A stretch of 46,686 bases of DNA from Candidatus Parcubacteria bacterium. GTDB taxonomy: Bacteria > Patescibacteriota > Minisyncoccia > Minisyncoccales > S141-161. The notes under the pieces were generated by a model that searched no databases, had not been told where the DNA came from, and saw only the letters and a program-made list of their open reading frames with translations. Location of the stretch: assembly GCA_027046565.1 (NCBI GenBank), contig JALTXW010000025.1, positions 1 to 46,686 on the forward strand. The letters run 5' to 3'. Of this stretch, positions 43,173 to 46,686 are shown in pieces. The first letter of the stretch is position 1. The number at the start of each line of letters is the position of its first letter. Both the position numbers and the translations under genes were made by a program.

Positions 43173-43697
43173 ATGAGCTTTTTTGACCCGGAAGAATTTT
43201 TAAACAAGCTGAATCTTAAACCAGATCTGGTAGTAGCTGAATTTGGGGCCGGGGCTGGAAACTTTACTATTCCTTTAGCTAAAAGATTGCCTCAAGGCAG
43301 AGTTTATGCTTTTGAGATTCAGCCAGAATATATTTCAGCTCTAAAAGGAAGAGCAGATTTAGAAGGAGTGATCAATATTGAAGTTAGGTTAGCTAACTTG
43401 GAAGAACCGCATTCTACTAAGCTTGCAGACGAGAGTTTGGATATGGTATTTATACCTAATATGCTCTTTCAAACCGAAAGAGATGATATTGTTATAGAAG
43501 AAGCTAAGAGAATTTTGAAGTCTAAAGGTAAGTTAGTGATCATAGACTGGCTTCCTACTACAGAAAAAGGTCCTGCAGGAAAAAGGATAGATCCTGAGAA
43601 GCTTCAAGCTCTTTTGGTTGAAAAAGGATTTAAAATAGAAAAGTTTTCTTTGGAAGGGAAGTACCATTTTTCTCTCTTGGCGGTAAAGGTCTCTTAA
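43173..43697 (+). CDS. class I SAM-dependent methyltransferase
   Basis: 174 aa. Motif I VAEFGAGAGNFT and an acidic post-I residue (YAFEIQ). Confidence 0.8.
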   Translation: MSFFDPEEFLNKLNLKPDLVVAEFGAGAGNFTIPLAKRLPQGRVYAFEIQPEYISALKGRADLEGVINIEVRLANLEEPHSTKLADESLDMVFIPNMLFQTERDDIVIEEAKRILKSKGKLVIIDWLPTTEKGPAGKRIDPEKLQALLVEKGFKIEKFSLEGKYHFSLLAVKVS

Positions 43698-43726
43698 TTA
43701 ATGAAAATGAATTTGAAAGTTAAACG

Positions 43727-44311
43727 ATGCAAAAATTAGTTTTGGTTACAATTGGTTCTTTATTATTTTTATTTCCTTTAGTTGGATTCTCTAAAATTAC
43801 CCCAGATCAAGCTTTGGAAGCGGAGGTGAGATTTAATATGCGAATAACTAATTTGAATCAAAAGTATGCTGATGAGGTAATTTCCTGGTTAGACAGAGTA
43901 GATGGGATATTATCTAAGGCTGAAAGTTGGGTTAGCTTCTTTAGACAGATTTCTTTAGGAGGTCAAACCGCAATTCAAATTTTAGGAGGTATTGGGATTG
44001 AAGTGTCAGGTAATATCACTATTTCTTCCTCTCAGTTAGACTCTTTGCTTTCTAAAATTCAACAGGCAAGAAGTAGAGTTACAGAAGCTCGCATAGAAGC
44101 TTTTAATTTAAGAAATAAAGATTATTCTATCAGCGTTGTGGCTTCTTCTCCTGCGGATTTAGAAAGAGCTTTAAGAGATGCAATGGAGGCTACAGTAAGG
44201 GAGTTTATAAGAGATCACAATAATTTGAGGGCTCGTCTTTTTGGAATTTTTAGTTCAATTAAGGAAATTATAGATGAGATAATTAACCTTAAAAATGCAG
44301 TTGGTTTATAA
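43727..44311 (+). CDS. secreted hypothetical protein (helical)
   Basis: 194 aa with signal peptide MQKLVLVTIGSLLFLFPLVGFS. No homology recognised. It overlaps the next gene by 17 nt. Confidence 0.55.
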   Translation: MQKLVLVTIGSLLFLFPLVGFSKITPDQALEAEVRFNMRITNLNQKYADEVISWLDRVDGILSKAESWVSFFRQISLGGQTAIQILGGIGIEVSGNITISSSQLDSLLSKIQQARSRVTEARIEAFNLRNKDYSISVVASSPADLERALRDAMEATVREFIRDHNNLRARLFGIFSSIKEIIDEIINLKNAVGL

Positions 44312-44909
44312 TAAAAAGATCCTCATTGGTTTTGCTATTCTTGGTGTATTAGGAGTATTATATTTGAGTAAGGAGCATACTTCTTTTGCTCAAGATTGTG
44401 GAATAGATCCTGACTGTTGGTTAGATTCTGCCGAAGGAGAAATAGATTTGCTTCCAGATACTCCTGCCGATGTTTCCCCTTCTCCAGATACTAGCGGAAC
44501 AGGAAGTGGAGATTCACCTTCTCCTTCAGATGATGTTATTCTTTTGCCAGATTTAGATGATGTAGATATAAGTTCCCCGCCAGATACAGGAAGTACAAGA
44601 GGAGGATCAGGAGGGACTTCCGGAACACCTGAAAGTGGTGGAGGAAGTGTACGTTTTGAAAATCCTCTAAGATTTAATAGTATAGTAGATGTAATAGAAA
44701 GTATAGCTACTTATTTGGTGTATATAGGGATGCCTTTGGTGGTGTTGATGATATTAGTGGGAGCTTACTATATAATTACAGGAGGAGGGAGTCAGGAAAG
44801 AGTAGCTAAAGGAAAAAGGTTTATCTTGTATGCTGCAATAGGATTTGTTATAATTATAGGAGCAAAAGGCATTGTAGGATTTATAAAGGGAGCTTTAGGG
44901 ATAGACTAA
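44295..44909 (+). CDS. TrbC/VirB2-like (T4SS-pilin-type) protein with an S/P/D/G-rich linker
   Basis: 204 aa. N-terminal signal anchor, a low-complexity region (PDTPADVSPSPDTSGTGSGDSPSPSDD...), and a C-terminal hairpin of two hydrophobic helices joined by ITGGGSQERVAKGKR. Confidence 0.6.
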   Translation: MQLVYNKKILIGFAILGVLGVLYLSKEHTSFAQDCGIDPDCWLDSAEGEIDLLPDTPADVSPSPDTSGTGSGDSPSPSDDVILLPDLDDVDISSPPDTGSTRGGSGGTSGTPESGGGSVRFENPLRFNSIVDVIESIATYLVYIGMPLVVLMILVGAYYIITGGGSQERVAKGKRFILYAAIGFVIIIGAKGIVGFIKGALGID

Positions 44910-44962
44910 AGGTCGGATATATAATTAAAACTTTTGTAAGTTAAAAAATTAAATGATATTTT

Positions 44963-45505
44963 ATGAAAAAGTTATTAGTTTTACTAGTCACAAGCTTGAT
45001 TCTTCTGGGAGAGATTGGAAGTTTAGCTTTAGCTCAAGGGCAAGGAGGAGGCCAGCAAACAACACGGCCTAGCCAGTTAATTCCTGAGTTAGGAACGCCA
45101 AATAATTGCACGATTACCAGACCTGAAGTTCAACGTATTGTTCTTACTCCCGCACAGCAAGGAGGAGGTCAGCAAGGAGGAGGAGGTCAGCAAGGAGGAG
45201 GTCAGCAGCAAGGCACTTGTCCTGGGCCTGGCCAGCCAGCAAATTTAGAGAATAGGGAGTCTATTTGTTGTGTCTTTAACGCAATTTATACTGTCGTCTT
45301 TTGGGTTTTTGTTGTGGTGATGATATTGGTTGTCTTGTTTGTCCTCTTAGGTGCTTTTCATATAATCACAGCAGGAGGTAATGCTGAGAAAGTTACCCTT
45401 GGTAGGAATTTTCTTATATGGGCATCAGTTGGATTTGTAGTTGCTTTAGCTGCTCGCGCAATTCCTGCCTTCGTAGCCGCTATTCTGGGTATAGAAATGC
45501 AATAA
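44963..45505 (+). CDS. TrbC/VirB2-like (T4SS-pilin-type) protein with Gly/Gln repeats, paralogue of the preceding gene
   Basis: 180 aa. Signal peptide ending ALAQG, QQGGG repeats, and a C-terminal two-helix hairpin joined by ITAGGNAEKVTLGRN, alignable by eye with the upstream ORF. Confidence 0.6.
   Translation: MKKLLVLLVTSLILLGEIGSLALAQGQGGGQQTTRPSQLIPELGTPNNCTITRPEVQRIVLTPAQQGGGQQGGGGQQGGGQQQGTCPGPGQPANLENRESICCVFNAIYTVVFWVFVVVMILVVLFVLLGAFHIITAGGNAEKVTLGRNFLIWASVGFVVALAARAIPAFVAAILGIEMQ
45155..45213 (+). repeat. in-frame tandem repeat (15/18/15-nt units CAGCAAGGAGGAGG(AGG)T) encoding QQGGG(G)
   Basis: Units at 45155-45169, 45170-45187 and 45188-45202, plus a partial unit to 45213. A related degenerate copy lies near 45035-45060. 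Confidence 0.8.
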
Positions 45506-45521
45506 CATTCTCTTTTACCTT

Positions 45522-45559
45522 AAAAAGCCCTTCCTCTGTTTTTTAGAGGAGGGGCTTTT
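45522..45559. terminator. bidirectional intrinsic terminator between the second pilin-like gene and hsp20
   Basis: An 11-bp stem, GCCCTTCCTCT (45527-45537) with AGAGGAGGGGC (45545-45555, one G-U pair), and a 7-nt loop. It is flanked by an A-run and a T-run. Confidence 0.7.
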
Positions 45560-45571
45560 AATTCTCAAGTT

Positions 45572-46003
45572 TTAACTTGTAATCTCTATCTTTTTAGTAA
45601 GATCCTTTTTGATGTAAGGAATCTTGATTATTAAAATTCCACTTTTTAACGTAGCTTCAGCCTGAGAAGGATTGATTTCTTCAGGTAAGACAATTTGGCG
45701 AGAGAAAGGTCCCCAGTAGCATTCTTTAAAGTAACTTTCTTTTTCTTCGGGAAGATTTTCAGGCTTTTTTCTTACCCCTTTAATGTTAATAATTCCCCCT
45801 TCAATAGAAATATCTAAATCTTCTGATTTTATCCCTGCTACAGTAGCTACTAAAATTAGTTCAGAATCTGTTTTGTAAAAATCTATAGGCAATTTTGCTG
45901 AAGATTTAAACCAGTTATCTTCAACTTTTAAGCTTTTTAGTTCTTCCTTTTTTACTTTTTTTTTTTTTAAAAATTTTAAAAAATTAAATATATTTTTTAA
46001 CAT
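45572..46003 (-). CDS. Hsp20/alpha-crystallin family small heat-shock protein
   Basis: 143 aa. Alpha-crystallin domain pattern: PIDFYKTDSELILVATVAGIKSEDLDISIEGGIINIKG...FSRQIVLPEEI...A.LKSGILIIKIP. Confidence 0.85.
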   Translation of the reverse strand: MLKNIFNFLKFLKKKKVKKEELKSLKVEDNWFKSSAKLPIDFYKTDSELILVATVAGIKSEDLDISIEGGIINIKGVRKKPENLPEEKESYFKECYWGPFSRQIVLPEEINPSQAEATLKSGILIIKIPYIKKDLTKKIEITS

Positions 46004-46010
46004 AAAGATT

Positions 46011-46679
46011 TTATTTAAAATTTCTAACTTTTGACACCTTTAAGCTAACTAAAAGAGCCAAAAAAGTTAAAGTTAAAATGGTGCTAAATACTCCTAAAAC
46101 TAAAACTTCTTTCCCTAAAATTATACTAAAATTGTAAACTCCGTGCCAAAGAGAAGCGAAGGTTATTCCTAAAATCCAGTATTTTTTGTCTCTTTTCTTA
46201 AAGTAATACCAAGCTAAGTAAGTTCCTAACAAAGCTGAAGCTAAAGCATGCAAAAAGGTAGCTCCTAAAAATCTTGCTAAAGATAGAGCTAAAGATTGAG
46301 CTAAATTAGGAGCTTGGCCTAAGAATAAAAATATATTCTCTACTGCAGCGAAACCCATTGCTGAACTCACTAAATAGACTACGGCATCTAAAGGTTCGTC
46401 AAAAGCTTTACTTTTGAAAGCTATAAAGAAAGCTGGCAAAAGCTTGCCTACTTCTTCTACTAAAGCCACACCTAAAAGAATATAAACAAAATAAAATAAG
46501 TAATTTTCTTCCTTAAAGAAAAATAGCTTGTTGGCCAAAATTTCAACTCCTAAAACTGGTCCTGTAATTAAAACTCCTCCTAAAAAGACCAAAAAGATTT
46601 TAACTTTAGGTTCAGGGTGTAAATCTTTTTTTAAAAAATAAAAAAGCCAAATTAGCGAAGGCAAAATTCCTAAAGTCAA
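46011..46679 (-). CDS. PrsW-family intramembrane protease
   Basis: Polytopic ORF with VEEVGKLL (EExxK), GFAAVENIF, LHALASA and WHGVYNF motifs. The track start is a TTG, and the frame stays open to the window edge (46686), so the gene may be 5'-truncated. Confidence 0.75.
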   Translation of the reverse strand: MTLGILPSLIWLFYFLKKDLHPEPKVKIFLVFLGGVLITGPVLGVEILANKLFFFKEENYLFYFVYILLGVALVEEVGKLLPAFFIAFKSKAFDEPLDAVVYLVSSAMGFAAVENIFLFLGQAPNLAQSLALSLARFLGATFLHALASALLGTYLAWYYFKKRDKKYWILGITFASLWHGVYNFSIILGKEVLVLGVFSTILTLTFLALLVSLKVSKVRNFK

Positions 46680-46686
46680 ATAAATT

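Overview
AT-rich (about one-third GC by eye), very gene-dense 46.7-kb bacterial chromosomal segment. It reads cleanly with the standard code; TGA is used as a stop, e.g. 36687-36689. I support about 50 protein genes and 5 tRNAs (Gly-GCC, Ser-GGA, Leu-GAG, Val-GAC, Ile-UAU). I saw no rRNA, CRISPR array, integrase or transposase.

The backbone is housekeeping: atpB, rpmB, a ruvB-glyA-thyA-folA string, a PilB/GspE-type ATPase, tsaE, a stand-alone 5'-3' exonuclease, a holA-like gene, rpsT, uvrB, ruvA, a short MurE-like ligase, rplS, an RluA-type pseudouridine synthase, ftsH, an S1-domain protein and gyrA. The split Pol I exonuclease, short Mur ligase, TrbC/VirB2-like pilin paralogues, many small proteins and rarity of Shine-Dalgarno sites suggest a reduced-genome Patescibacteria/CPR-like bacterium. 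That assignment is inference only.

Regions worth a second look, in order of interest:
1. A self-contained small basic-protein gene (31551-31802) with perfect consensus promoter hexamers (16-nt spacer), a 24-bp perfect palindrome over its -10 box, a canonical SD and a terminator.
2. A secreted-protein trio (43727-45505) containing two paralogous VirB2/TrbC-like pilin candidates with low-complexity repeat regions, next to a GT2 / epimerase / GT-C-like / methyltransferase module.
3. A GC-rich, 118-nt nested inverted-repeat element (12865-12982) directly upstream of ruvB-glyA-thyA-folA.
4. A tRNA-Ser-led string encoding a KaiC-like ATPase, an HTH protein and a small membrane protein (6946-8968).
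5. A stand-alone CuA-type cupredoxin next to a Cys-motif-rich membrane protein (4936-6876).
6. A multi-gene split sensory module (15679-19755).
7. A presenilin/SPP-type intramembrane aspartyl protease (30654-31511).
8. A tRNA-Ile with a genomically encoded UAU anticodon (33157-33229).

All functional calls come from motif recognition by eye. No database search or folding program was run.
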